Below are positions 9,442 through 20,194 of a DNA stretch of 64,000 nt, one piece after another (the stretch's first letter is position 1; every line of letters begins with the position of its first letter). Source of the DNA: an uncultured Candidatus Rokubacteria bacterium (lineage in GTDB: Bacteria > Methylomirabilota > Methylomirabilia > Rokubacteriales > DASRDR01); the NCBI GenBank assembly GCA_963708025.1, contig CAVPSB010000035.1, positions 1 through 64,000 of the forward strand, in the 5' to 3' direction. Under the pieces are notes generated by a model, which was given only the letters and a program-made list of their open reading frames with translations, did no database searches and had not been told where the DNA came from. The translations under genes were made by a program, and so were the position numbers.

Positions 9442-11416
9442 ATGAGCTTCGCGCACCTGTTCACGCCGTTCCGGCTGGGGTCCGTCACGCTGAAGAACCG
9501 CATCGTCAGCACGCCCCACGCGACGCGCTTCGGGAAGGACGGCTACGTCACCGAGCGGTACATCCGGTATCACGCCGAGAAGGCTCGGGGCGGGGTCGGC
9601 CTCGTCCAGTGCTTCGGCAGCATGAGCGTCCACCCCTCGAGCCCGGTCTTCGACTGGGGCGGCATCAAGAACTGGGACGACTCGTCGCTGCCGATGCTCG
9701 ACGGCCTTCGCGCAGGGGATCCACGCCCACGGCGCCCCCGTCATGGCCCAGATCACCCACCGCGGCCGGCGCGGCTGGTCGGGGCCGGGCGAGCAGCCGC
9801 TCGTCGCGCCCTCGGACGTGCCGGAGCACGAGAACCGCGAGATCCCGCACGCGCTGGACCGGGCGGAGATCCGGGAGATCGTCGGCGCCTACGCGGCGGC
9901 GGCCCGGCGGCTCCAGCGCGCCGGGTTCGACGGGGCCGACCTCTCGGCGTTCGCCCGCCACCTGATCGACCAGTTCTGGGTGCCGGCGGTGAATCGCCGG
10001 ACGGACGAGTACGGCGGGAGCCTCGAGAACCGCCTCCGCTTCGCGGTCGAGGTGATCGGCGCCATCCGGGCCGCGGTGGGCCGCGACTTCGTCCTCGGGC
10101 TGCGCGTGAGCGGGGACGAGCTGATCCCCGACGGCCTCCACCTGGAGGACGTGGTCGAGATCGTGCGGGCGCTCGACCGCCTGGGCCAGCTCGACTACTT
10201 CACGGTGTCGGGCTCGACCGGCGAGACCCTCCGCATCCACCAGAAGCTCATGCCGTTCGCCGACGCGCCCGCCGGCGTGTACGCGGACTTCGCGGCGCGC
10301 ATCCGCCGCGAGGTGCGGGCGCCGATCATCTACGCCGGCCGCGTGGTGGATCCCCGCCACGCCGAGCGCCTGCTCGCGGAGGGGGTCTGCGACCTGGTGG
10401 CGATGACCCGGGCACTCATCGCGGACCCCTGGCTGCCCCGGAAGGCGATGGAGGGGCGGCTCGAGGACATCCGGACGTGCCTCGGGATCCAGGAGGGGTG
10501 CCTCGGGCGCGGGAGCCGCGGCCTCTTCCTGAGCTGCGCCCAGAACCCGGTGACGGGCCGGGAGGCCGAGCTGGCCGACCTCGCTCCCGCGCCGGCGCCG
10601 CGCCGGGTCGTCGTGGTGGGCGGGGGCCCGGCCGGGCTCGAGGCGGCGCGCGTCGCGGCGCTGCGCGGGCACGAGGTCATCCTCTACGAGCAGGGCCCGG
10701 CTCTCGGCGGCCAGGTCCTCGTCGCCGGCCGGGCGCCGTTCCGGCCGGGCTACGGCGAGGCGGCCGGCTGGCTCGTACGCCAGCTCGCGAGCACGCCGGT
10801 CACGGTCCGCCTCGGCGTGACGGCCACCGTCGAGCGCGTCCTGGCCGACCGGCCCGACGCGGTGATCGTGGCGACCGGCGCGGTGCCCCGCCGCCCCGAG
10901 CTGCCCGGGGTCGATCTGCCCGGCGTGGCGACCGTGGAGGAGCTGCTGCTGGGCGGGGCGACGCTGGCCGGTCCGCGGTGCCTCGTCGTCGACGGCACCG
11001 GCCGGATCCAGGCCGGCCTCGCCGCCGACCTCCTCGCCCGGGAGGGCCGGGCGGTCACCGTCGTCACGCCGTACCACACGGTCTGCGACAACACCGAGCC
11101 CTCGACCCGGGAGCCCCTCTACGAGCGGCTCTATCGCGCGGGCGTCACCCTGGTGCCCGACACGATGCTGGCCGGGATCGAGGCGGCCGGCGGCGGTCGG
11201 CTCCGTGTCCGCTGCTGGAGCGAGTACTCCGGGCGCGCGTGGACGATCGAGGACCTCGACACCGTCGTCCTCGCCTGGGGCGGGCGGGCCGTGGACGGTC
11301 TCTACCGCGGGCTCGAGGGCCGGGTGGCCGAGCGCCACCTGGTGGGCGACGCCATGGCCCCACGGCTCCTCCACGACGCGCTCCTCGAGGGGACGCGCGC
11401 CGGCCGCCGCGTGTGA
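9442..11416 (+). CDS. NADH:flavin oxidoreductase (OYE TIM barrel + FAD domain; N-methylproline demethylase/DgcA-like); frameshift near 9710
   Basis: LKNRIVSTPH, NRRTDEYGGSLENRLRF, MTRALIADP, C..C..C cluster motif, VVGGGPAGLEAA. Confidence 0.88.
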
Positions 11417-11426
11417 TCGAGGGATC

Positions 11427-13391
11427 GTGAGCGGGACGCCGTTCCCCCGGCTCTTCAGCCCGCTTCCGCTGGGCCCCCGGATCGCGCGGAACCGGATCGT
11501 CAGCACGCCCCACACCACCGGGTTCGCCGTCGACGGCTTCCCCCGGGAGCGCTGGCTCGCCTACGAGCGCGAGAAGGCGCGCGGTGGGTGCGGGACGATC
11601 ATGATGTTCGGCTCGGCCTCGGTCCACCCGAGCTCGCCCGTCGCCGCCGCCGGTGGGGTCGAGCTGTGGGACCCGGCGGTGGTGCCGCACCTGCGCCGTA
11701 TGGCCGAGGCCGTCCACGCCGAGGGCGCCCTCTGCCTGGCCCAGGTCTCGCACTGGGGCCGGGGCGGGGTCGGGCCCTACGCCGACTGGCCGCTGCTGGC
11801 GCCGTCGGACGAGCCCGACGAGACGCACCACGGGATCCCGCGCGCTCTCTCGAAGGCCGAGATCCACGAGCTGGTCGACGCGTTCGGCCGCGCGGCCGCT
11901 CACGTCAAGCGCGGGCGGCTACGACGGCGTGGACCTCTCCTGCTGGGGCGGGCACCTCACCGAGCAGTTCCTCTCGCCGGTCAGCAACCGGCGGACGGAC
12001 GAGTACGGCGGCTCCCTCGACAACCGCATCCGGTTCTGCCTGGAGACGCTGGAGGCGGTGCGCGCCGCCGTCGGGCCCGACCTGATCGTCGGCGCGCGGC
12101 TGACCGGCGACCAGCTCGTGGAGGGCGGCCTGACCCTGGAAGACACCCAGGCCATCGCCGCCCGGCTGGCGGCCACCGGCCGGCTCGACTACGTCACGGT
12201 GAGCGGCGGCTCGACCGAGCAGTACCGCGCGCTCCCCTACGTCACCCCGACCTACTACGCGCCGCTCGGCCTCTACAACCGCTTCGCCGCCGCGGTGAAG
12301 GCGGTCGTGCAGGTCCCGGTCATCGTCGCCGGGCGGATCGTCCATCCCGCCCAGGCCGAGGAGGTGCTGGCCCAGGGCTGGGCGGACGCCGTCGCCATGA
12401 CCCGCTCGCTCATCGCCGACCCCGCGCTGCCCCGGAAGGCGAGGGACGGGCGGGTGGACGAGATCCGGATCTGCACCGGAGCCAGCGAGGCCTGCATCGG
12501 CCGGCGCATCCAGGGCAAGACGATCGCCTGCATCCAGAACCCGGCGATCGGCCGGGAGGCGGAGCTGGCCGACGTCCGCCCGGCCGACCGCGCGCGCCGG
12601 GTCGTGGTGGCCGGCGGCGGCGTCGCGGGGCTGGAGGCCGCCCGCCTGGCGGCGCGGCGCGGTCACCGGGTCGTCCTCTTCGAGGCGGCCCTCGAGCCGG
12701 GCGGCCAGCTCCGCGCGGTCTGGCGCTCGCCGGCGCGCCAGAGCTACCAGGAGGTCGTGCGCTGGCTCGTCGCCGAGGTCGGGCGGGCAGGGGTGGAGGT
12801 CCGGCTGGGGACCGAGGCGACGGCCGCGTCGGTCCTGGCCGAGCGGCCTGACGTCGTCGTGGTCGCCACCGGGGTCCGCCCTCGCGCGCTCGAGGTGCCC
12901 GTCGCGCCGGACGCCCACGTCGTGACCGCGGAGGACGTGCTGCTCGACCGCGTCGCGCCCGGGCCCCGGTGCCTGGTCGTGGACTACCACGGCCACATGC
13001 CGGGGCCGAGCGCCGCCGAATTCCTCGCCGACCGCGGGTGCCGGGTCGAGATCGCGAGCCGCTTCTTCACCGTCGGCGAGGACATCGACCCCCGGCTCAA
13101 GACCAGCGTGTACACGCGGCTCTACCAGAAGGGCGTGGTGCTGACGCCCCTGGCCGTGGTCCGGGAGATCGGCGCGGGCTGGGTCCGGCTGGCCAACACC
13201 CTGACCGGCCAGGAGCGGGTCGTCGAGGTGGACACCGTGGTCACGGCCCTCGGCGGCCGGGCGGACGACGCCCTGGCGCGCGGCGCTCGACGGCCAGGGC
13301 CGTCGAGCTCCACGTGGTGGGCGACGCCCTGGCGCCGCGCACGATCCACGACGCCATCCTCACCGCCACCCGCGCCGCCCGGCGCTTCTGA
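11427..13391 (+). CDS. Second, paralogous NADH:flavin oxidoreductase; frameshifts near 11912 and 13280-13300
   Basis: RNRIVSTPH, NRRTDEYGGSLDNRIRF, ICTGASEAC...CIQNP, GGGVAGLEAA, VGDALAPRTIHDAILTATRAARRF*. Confidence 0.88.
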
Positions 13392-13402
13392 CCCAGCGGG
13401 GC
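13264..13402 (+). repeat. Gene-tail repeat copy 1 (functional 3' end of oxidoreductase 11427-13391)
   Basis: Directly repeated with divergence at 13971-14107 and partially at 22143-22209. Confidence 0.92.
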
Positions 13403-13466
13403 CGGGCATTGATGAGGGGTCGTGGTTCTTCCGCATAAAAGAGTACGACGAATGACGGAGGCGAAT

Positions 13467-13905
13467 ATGGCAACCAACGTCAAGATCACCAGCCGCCCTG
13501 CTGGCGTGATCCGGCATGCCGGTACTGCGATCCGCTCGGTCAGCCCTGGCGTGATCGCGAAAGCGCTCGGGGCCGAGAAGGCTGTATCCAGGGAGAACGT
13601 TCTCGGCGCTCCGATTAGTCTGCACGCATTGCGACGGGCGCTGGAGAGCCGGGTTCGCTCCACGGGCGGGCGGCCGGCTCTGGAAGGGGCAACGAAGATC
13701 CAGAAGATTCCGCTGAGAGCCTGAAGACTGGTCTCGACTCGAAGAGTTGGCCGCCCAACTCTCTCAGGAAGGCGTCTCGGCTACAGCTGGACAGGTCGCG
13801 AGCGTAATGGTCCACAGCCAGTTGCAGCTCGTCGCACCATCAGCCACGCGCCAAGGGAGAACCTCTCGACGCCCGGCGACGCGGCGGGTAACCGGACATC
13901 GATGA
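13467..13905 (+). CDS. Small hypothetical protein, possibly DNA-binding/antitoxin-like; frameshift near 13720
   Basis: RBS GGAGG before ATG13467; STGGRPALEG..QKIPL continues in the shifted frame as EDWSRLEELAAQLSQEGVSATAGQVASVMV; lower GC than flanks. Confidence 0.6.
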
Positions 13906-13970
13906 TCACTCGTAGCCCAGGGGCTGCCGCTAGCCACATTGATCTCACTGCATTCGGATACATCGTTCGC

Positions 13971-14107
13971 GACGACGCCCTGGCCCGCGCGCTCGACGGG
14001 CAGGGCCTCGAGATCGACGTCGTGGGCGACGCCCTGGCGCCGCGCACGATCCACGACGCCATCCTCACCGCCACCCGCGCCGCCCGGCGCATCTGACCCG
14101 GCGGGGC
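13971..14107 (+). repeat. Gene-tail repeat copy 2 (diverged duplicate of oxidoreductase 3' end, stop and following bases)
   Basis: GACGACGCCCTGGC...GCCGCCCGGCGCATCTGACCCGGCGGGGC; encodes DDALARALDGQGLEIDVVGDALAPRTIHDAILTATRAARRI*. Confidence 0.92.
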
Positions 14108-14250
14108 GCGCCACGATCCAGTGGCCGACGGCGAGGGTGCCGATGTGACGCGAGAAGCTCGCGCCCGATCCTCGCGGCAGACCCGGCCGCCAGGCGTGAC
14201 CGAGTGCGCGGCCCGCCAAGGGGTCGCGGGGACGGCAACCGGCGCCGGGC

Positions 14251-15183
14251 TCAGCGGGCCGTGGGGGGCGCCGCCCGGTTGACCACGGTCATGGCGGTCG
14301 CGATCATGGCGCCGATGTCGGCGACGTTGGCGGGCACGATCAGGCTGTTGGTGGTCCGGGCCAGCTCCCCGAACTTGGTGATGTACTGCTCGGCCACCCG
14401 GAGCTGCACCGCCTCGACGCCCCCGGGCACCTGGATCGACTCCGCGACCCGGCGGATGCCCTCCGCGGTGGCGGCGGCGATGGAGAGGATGGCCGAGGCC
14501 GCGCCCTCCGCCTCGTTCATCTCCTGCTGACGCTTCGCCTCGGAGGCCTTGATGACCTGCTGCTTCTGGCCCTCGGCCACGTTGACGGCGGCGTCCCGCT
14601 CGCCCTCGGAGGTCAGGATGACGGCCCGCTTCTCCCGCTCCGCCCGCATCTGCTTCTCCATGGCGGCCAGCACGTCCTTGGGCGGGGTGATGTTCTTGAT
14701 CTCGTAGCGGAGCACCTTGATCCCCCACGGCTCCGATGCCTTGTCCAGCTCGCTGACGACCTGGCTGTTGATTTGGGTGCGCTCCTCGAAGGTGCGGTCC
14801 AGGTCGATCTTGCCGACCTCGCTGCGCAGGGTGGTCTGGGCGAGCTGGCTGATGCCGAACATGTAGTCGGCCACGCCGTAGGAGGCACGCTCCGGGTTCA
14901 TCACCTTGAGGTAGAGGACGCCGTCGACGCCGACCTGGACGTTGTCCCGCGTGATGCAGATCTGCTCGGGGATGTCGACGGCCGTCTCCTTCAGGGAGTG
15001 GCGGTACCGGATGGCGTCGAGGAAGGGGATCAGCAGGTGAAAGCCCGCGTGGAGCGTCGCCCGGTACTTGCCGAGCCGCTCCACGACGTAGGCGCTCTGC
15101 TGCGGTACCACCCTCGCCGTCTTCGCGATGACGATGATGACCAGCACGGCGAGCACCACGAAGACGACCAGCGCTTCCGTCAT
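14251..15183 (-). CDS. SPFH/stomatin-like (band 7, paraslipin) protein
   Basis: N-terminal TM, VVERLGKY, QICITRDNV, QLAQTTLRSEVGK, MEKQMRAEREKRA. Confidence 0.93.
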   Translation of the reverse strand: MTEALVVFVVLAVLVIIVIAKTARVVPQQSAYVVERLGKYRATLHAGFHLLIPFLDAIRYRHSLKETAVDIPEQICITRDNVQVGVDGVLYLKVMNPERASYGVADYMFGISQLAQTTLRSEVGKIDLDRTFEERTQINSQVVSELDKASEPWGIKVLRYEIKNITPPKDVLAAMEKQMRAEREKRAVILTSEGERDAAVNVAEGQKQQVIKASEAKRQQEMNEAEGAASAILSIAAATAEGIRRVAESIQVPGGVEAVQLRVAEQYITKFGELARTTNSLIVPANVADIGAMIATAMTVVNRAAPPTAR

Positions 15184-15199
15184 GCGCCCCTCCTCGGGA

Positions 15200-15631
15200 C
15201 TACTCGGCGACGACGCCGAGGGTGAGCCCGTCCACGCGCGTCACGCGGCAGCGCTGCCCGCGAGCGAGGGTGGTCGAGCCGTCGTTGTGCGCGGTCCACG
15301 TCGTGCCACGCAGCTCCACCTTGCCGACCGCGCCCGGCGCCAGATCCTCGATCGGGACGGCGATTTCCCCGACGACGCCGTCGATCACGGGCGCCGACCC
15401 TGGCCCCCGCGTTCGCGCGAGGAGCGGCCCGCGAAGCACCACGAGGGCCAGCACGGACACGACCGAGAACAGCAGCCACTCCATCCACGCCGGGCCGGCC
15501 AGGCCCAGGCCGGCCAGAATGCCCACGACGAGGGCCCCCGTCCCGAAGAAGAGGAAGAAGAACCCCATCGGCGTGAACAGCTCGAGCCCCACCAGCAGGA
15601 AGCCCAGGAGGATCCAGAGCCACCAGGTCAT
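15200..15631 (-). CDS. NfeD family (short) membrane protein, partner of SPFH
   Basis: WWLWILLG..LELFTPMGFF TM region, GKVELRGTTWTA, CRVTRVDGLTL OB-fold; directly upstream of SPFH. Confidence 0.88.
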   Translation of the reverse strand: MTWWLWILLGFLLVGLELFTPMGFFFLFFGTGALVVGILAGLGLAGPAWMEWLLFSVVSVLALVVLRGPLLARTRGPGSAPVIDGVVGEIAVPIEDLAPGAVGKVELRGTTWTAHNDGSTTLARGQRCRVTRVDGLTLGVVAE

Positions 15632-15815
15632 GCGCGCGCGAGCGTCGGCAGCCGGTCGATGGCGGCGCGAACGGCGCCCGTCACGCCCGGCATTCGAAGA
15701 GGAGTGCGTCGGCCACGGCGCGACGAGTCTAGCGGCCGGGCGTCCGGACGTCAACTGCTCGCATCCGGAGGCGCCTGCTCCGGAGGCGCCACCGGCGAGC
15801 GCCGGGCTCGTGCCG

Positions 15816-15930
15816 TTACCCGCCCCGTCGGCCCGGCGGGAAGATCACGAACGTCGTGCTTTCGCCGGGTCGCGTCTGGTAGCGGATCTGGCCCCCGTGG
15901 GTCTCGATGATCCGCTGGCAGATCGAGAGG
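15816..15930 (-). pseudogene. Orphan C-terminal fragment of a histidine kinase (HATPase_c end)
   Basis: LSICQRIIETHGGQIRYQTRPGESTTFVIF matches the G2-box tail; no upstream kinase sequence. Confidence 0.7.
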
Positions 15931-16252
15931 CAATTGGCCGAACGCCAGTTGACCGGGAGCCTCTTCAGGCAGATCATCCGGCGCGTCGAGCGGCTCGCTG
16001 GCATCCGACGTGATCGAGAGACCCACCCGGGAGCGGAGGCGATGAGGAGCAGGGGTCGAAGCAGCGGAGGTGTCTCTGAACAGGGCCGTCGGATTGACCA
16101 CACTCACAAGCGCGAGGCTGCGGACGGTCCATGCGTCGCGAGCATGACTTTCCTCGACCTACCGGAAAGGATGAACGAGCTGGGCGACTGGGTGATCCGC
16201 CCGTTCAAACGCACGAGGGAGGGGAGACGTGGGTCCATATCGGAAATCCCGG
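15931..16252 (+). mobile_element. Remnant of an IS (probably IS1380 family): transposase C-terminus and right-end region
   Basis: QLAERQLTGSLFRQIIRRVERLA-WHPT* resembles recalled IS1380-type transposase tails; candidate end CATATCGGAAATCCCGG near 16236-16252; family from recall, not a search. Confidence 0.55.
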
Positions 16253-16267
16253 GCTGAGTCGATTCGC

Positions 16268-17033
16268 GTGCGCGTGTGGGGGCTCGGTGTCCTGTTCGCG
16301 GTCGCGCTGACGATCGCGTTGGCGTCGGCCGAGCCCGTCGCCGTCCGCTACGCCGAGACCGTCACCCACGGCTTCCTCGTGCTGCGCGGGGCGAACGGCG
16401 ACGTCCTCGCCTATGGCGAGTTCGTGCAGGCGCCCATCGAGGGGCAGCGCATGGAGAGCCGCCTCGTGTTCCGCTTCAAGAACGGCTCCCTCTGGGACGA
16501 GACGGTGACGTTCACGCAGCAGAAGGTGTTCCGGCTGATGAGCTATCACCACATCGAGCGCGGCCCGTCCTTCCGCGAGTTCGACCGACGTGACCTTCGA
16601 TCGCGACACCGGCCGTTACCGAGCCAAGGTCAACGACAAGACCGACGACGGCAAGATCGAGCTGCCGGAAGACCTCCACAACGGGATCACGGGCACCATT
16701 TTGAAGAACCTGACGCCCGGCACCGCCGCCGCCGGCCACATGTTCGCGTTCACGCCGAAACCGTACCGGCTCGACACCGAGCTGCGCGCGGAGGGCGAAG
16801 ATAGGTTTTCCGTGGGCGACGTCGCGCGCACGGCCACGCGCTACCTCGTGAAGATGGAGCTGCGCGGTCTCACCGGCCTCGTGGCGTCGCTTATCGGCAA
16901 GGACCCCCCCGAGGTGCGCTACTGGATCACGACCGGGCCCGCGCCCGGGTTCGTGAAGTTCGAGGGGCCGATGTACCTGAAGGGCCCGCGCTGGCGCGTC
17001 GAGTTGACGGGGCCGCGCTGGCCCAAGCGCTGA
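16268..17033 (+). CDS. Hypothetical exported protein; frameshift near 16580
   Basis: Signal peptide ending ALASA-EP; ORFs 16229-16804 and 16590-17033 join into one coherent high-GC3 protein. Confidence 0.7.
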
Positions 17034-17175
17034 CTCAGCGCTCCGCCGGGCGCCTCGCGCAGCATCGCGATCAGGACCTCGCGGTTCTGCGCGGTTGTGG
17101 TGACCTCGCGCGGGAACGTGATGCGCGCGATCGACAGCGGTTGACGTCCTCGTTTGCCCGCGCTTTACCGGCTCG

Positions 17176-17286
17176 CGCCGGATCGTGGGCGCGGTGACGG
17201 GGCCCCACGCGGTGGGGCGGCTCCTGACGGCGCTCGGGCTCGCCGCGGAGCCGCCACCGGCCAGCTCCCGCCCGACCCGTTCCTGA
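17176..17286 (+). mobile_element. Remnant of IS91-family-like transposase extreme C-terminus
   Basis: RIVGAVTGPHAVGRLLTALGLAAEPPP resembles the RIIAxIxDPxVIxxILxHLGLxxEPP tail. Confidence 0.5.
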
Positions 17287-17467
17287 CCTTGCGGCCTTCG
17301 CCGCGCTCGCCGTTACCCCGGCGCCGGGACCCGCTCTGCCCGCGGCCCCGCCGGGGCCCCTCCCATCCCCGCGGCCCCGACCGTTGCCGGTCCGGCCCGA
17401 GCACGCTACACTCACGCGCATGAAGGTCGGGAGCCGCCCCGAGAGAAGCTCCCGATAGGAGGATCCG

Positions 17468-18769
17468 ATGGCCGAGGACACCGTCGTTGCTCGCCGAGGC
17501 TTCTTGCGCGTGGCCGCTGGTGCGACTGCTGCCGCCGGCGTCACGGGACTCCTGCCCCGGCGCGCGCGGGCCCAGGGACAGGCCGGGCGCGCGCTGAAGC
17601 TCGGATATGTGAGCCCGCAGACGGGGCCGCTCGCCGGCTTCGGCGAGACCGACAGCTTCGTGGTCGGCGGCGTGCGAAAGGCGGCCGGCAAGGGGCTCGC
17701 GATCCGCGATCGCACGCATCCCATCGAGATCCTCGTGCGCGACAGTCAGTCCGATCCCAACCGGGCGGCCGAGGTGGCGTCGCGCTTGATCCTGACCGAC
17801 AAGATCGACCTCATGCTGGTCGCGAGTACGCCGGAGACGACCAACCCCGTGGCCGATCAGTGTGAGGCCAACGGGATGCCCTGCGTCTCCACCATGTGCC
17901 CATGGCAGCCCTGGTTCTTCGGTCGCGGCGGCAAGCCCGAGACCGGTTTCAAGTGGACGTATCACTACTTCTGGGGGCTCGAGGACATCATCGGGGTGTT
18001 CGTCAACATGTGGAACACGCTGCCCACCAACAAGGTCGTCGGGGCCATCTGGCCCAACGACGGCGACGGCAACGCCTGGAGCGACAAGCAGCGCGGCTTC
18101 CCGCCCGAGCTCGCGAAGGCCGGGTACAAGGTCGTGGACCCCGGGCGCTATCCGAATCTGAGCGACGACTTCTCCGCGCAGATTTCCACGTTCAAGAACG
18201 AGAAGGTCGAGATCGTCACCGGCGTGCCGCTGCCGCCGGACTGGACGACCTTCTGGAAACAGGCCGCCCAGCAGGGCTTCCGCCCCAAGATCGCCACCGT
18301 CGGCAAGGCGCTGCTCTTCCCGCGCTCGGTCGAGGCGCTGGGCGAGCTGGGCGACGGCATGTCCACCGAGGTGTGGTGGTCGCCCCAGCATCCCTTCAAA
18401 TCGTCGCTCACGGGAGCCACGGCGAGTCAGCTCGCCGCCACCTATACGCAAGAGACGAAGAAGCAGTGGACCCAGCCGCTCGGCTTCATCCATTCGCTGT
18501 TCGAGGTCGGATTCGACGTGCTCAAGCGGGCGAGCAGCGTGGACGACAAGAACGCCGTGCTCGCGGCCATCAAGGCGACCAGCCTCGACACGATCGCCGG
18601 GCCCGTCAGCTGGGGCAAGGGGCCGGTGGCGAACGTGACCAAGACGCCGCTGGTCGGCGGCCAGTGGGGGCGCGGCAAGGGCGTTCCCTTCGACATGACG
18701 GTCGTCACCAACCGGAGCGCGCCCAGCATCCCCACCTCCGGCAAGCTACGGCCGCTCAAGCAGGCGTAG
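17468..18769 (+). CDS. Branched-chain amino acid-type ABC substrate-binding protein, Tat signal
   Basis: ARRGFLR leader; LKLGYVSPQTGPLAGFG, RDSQSDPNRAAEVA, DFSAQI. Confidence 0.9.
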   Translation: MAEDTVVARRGFLRVAAGATAAAGVTGLLPRRARAQGQAGRALKLGYVSPQTGPLAGFGETDSFVVGGVRKAAGKGLAIRDRTHPIEILVRDSQSDPNRAAEVASRLILTDKIDLMLVASTPETTNPVADQCEANGMPCVSTMCPWQPWFFGRGGKPETGFKWTYHYFWGLEDIIGVFVNMWNTLPTNKVVGAIWPNDGDGNAWSDKQRGFPPELAKAGYKVVDPGRYPNLSDDFSAQISTFKNEKVEIVTGVPLPPDWTTFWKQAAQQGFRPKIATVGKALLFPRSVEALGELGDGMSTEVWWSPQHPFKSSLTGATASQLAATYTQETKKQWTQPLGFIHSLFEVGFDVLKRASSVDDKNAVLAAIKATSLDTIAGPVSWGKGPVANVTKTPLVGGQWGRGKGVPFDMTVVTNRSAPSIPTSGKLRPLKQA

Positions 18770-18797
18770 TCCGACGGCGCTTCTCGCGCTCGAGGAG

Positions 18798-19496
18798 GTG
18801 TCCCGGGCGTTCGGCTCGCTGCGGGTCCTCGATCGCCTCACGCTGGCCGTCGGCGAGAACGAGGCGGTGGGTGTCATCGGGCCGAATGGCGCCGGCAAGA
18901 CGACGGCACTCCACCTGATGGCCGGACGCCTCCGCCCCGATCGCGGCCGGGTCGTGTTCGACGGGCGCGACATCACGGGGATGCCGGCTCACACCCGCTG
19001 CCGGGCCGGCATTGCGCTGACGCACCAGATCCCGCATCCCTTCGAGGCCCTGACGGTGTTCGAGAACGTCCTGGTCGGCGCCACGCACGGCGGCGGCCGG
19101 ACCGAGCGCGACGCCTATGCCGTCTGCCTCTCGACCCTCGAGCTGGCCGGGCTCACCGACAAGGCGAACGTGCGCGCGGGTGTGCTGACGTTGCTCGAAC
19201 GGAAGCGCCTGGAGCTGGCGCGGGCGCTCGCGACCGGACCGCGCGTCCTCCTGCTCGACGAGATCGCGGGCGGGCTGACCGAGCACGAGGTGCAGGAGGT
19301 GGTCGGCGTCGTCCGGCACGTCCGTGCGCAAGGTGTCGCGATCCTCTGGATCGAGCACATCGTTCACGCGCTCCGCTCGGCCGTGGATCGGCTCGTCGCC
19401 ATCCACCTCGGGAGGAGTCTGATGGACGGGCCGCCGGACGCCGTCATGGCGAGTCCCGAAGTGCAGCGGGTCTACCTCGGAATCGACGTGGCGTGA
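18798..19496 (+). CDS. Branched-chain ABC ATPase (LivG-like); true start probably about 9 codons upstream
   Basis: GPNGAGKTT, LELARALATGPRVLLLDE, WIEH, VQRVYLG. Confidence 0.9.
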   Translation: MSRAFGSLRVLDRLTLAVGENEAVGVIGPNGAGKTTALHLMAGRLRPDRGRVVFDGRDITGMPAHTRCRAGIALTHQIPHPFEALTVFENVLVGATHGGGRTERDAYAVCLSTLELAGLTDKANVRAGVLTLLERKRLELARALATGPRVLLLDEIAGGLTEHEVQEVVGVVRHVRAQGVAILWIEHIVHALRSAVDRLVAIHLGRSLMDGPPDAVMASPEVQRVYLGIDVA

Positions 19497-20191
19497 CACT
19501 GCTCGCCGTCCGCGACCTGTCGGCGTTCTACGGCGACTTCCAGGCCCTCTTCGGCGTCGCGCTCGACGTGGCCGAGGGCGAGACGGTGGCGGTGATCGGC
19601 GCCAACGGCGCCGGCAAGACGACGTTTCTCAGAGCGCTGGCCGGTGCCCTGCCGGTGGCTCGCGGCGCCGTCGTGTTCGCGGGCCGGCCGGTCGGCGGCC
19701 AGCCGCCGCACGTGCTCGTCGACCTCGGCATCGTCCTCGTGCCCGAGGGGCGGCGAATCTTTCCGAGCCTGTCCGTGCAGGAAAACCTTCAGATCGGCGC
19801 CTTCCGGCGGCGCGCCGGGCCGTGGACGCTCGAGCGCGTCTACCGGCTGTTCCCCGTCCTCGGCGAGCGACGCGATCAGCCCGGCACGAACCTCTCGGGG
19901 GGCGAGCAGCAGATGCTCGCGATCGGCCGCGGCCTGATGGCCAACCCGCGCCTCCTGCTCGTCAACGAGATGTCGCTCGGCCTGGCGCCGCTCGCCGTCA
20001 AGCAGCTCTACGAGGTGCTGGCCAGCGTCCAGCGCGAAGGGACCACGCTCCTGGTGGTCGAGGAGGACGTGAGTCAGGTTCTGGCGGTCGCGCAGCGTGT
20101 CTACTGTTTCCGCAAGGGGACTGTCTCGCTCGAGGGCGCACCCGCCGGGCTCAGCCGCGCCCAGATCTCGGCCGCGTACTTCGGAGCCTGA
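19493..20191 (+). CDS. Branched-chain ABC ATPase (LivF-like)
   Basis: GANGAGKTT, VPEGRRIF, LSGGEQQMLAIGR; Walker B reads LLVNE. Confidence 0.9.
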   Translation: MTLLAVRDLSAFYGDFQALFGVALDVAEGETVAVIGANGAGKTTFLRALAGALPVARGAVVFAGRPVGGQPPHVLVDLGIVLVPEGRRIFPSLSVQENLQIGAFRRRAGPWTLERVYRLFPVLGERRDQPGTNLSGGEQQMLAIGRGLMANPRLLLVNEMSLGLAPLAVKQLYEVLASVQREGTTLLVVEEDVSQVLAVAQRVYCFRKGTVSLEGAPAGLSRAQISAAYFGA

Positions 20192-20194
20192 TCG

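Noticed and set aside
13264-14107. Diversity-generating retroelement VR/TR pair (repeat at a gene 3' end)
   Set aside because: Mismatches are mostly G/C exchanges, not adenine-specific; no reverse transcriptase; targets are metabolic enzymes
17040-17140. Possible further gene tail on the minus strand (IARITFPREVTTTAQNREVLIAML)
   Set aside because: Looks coding but I cannot assign a family or boundaries
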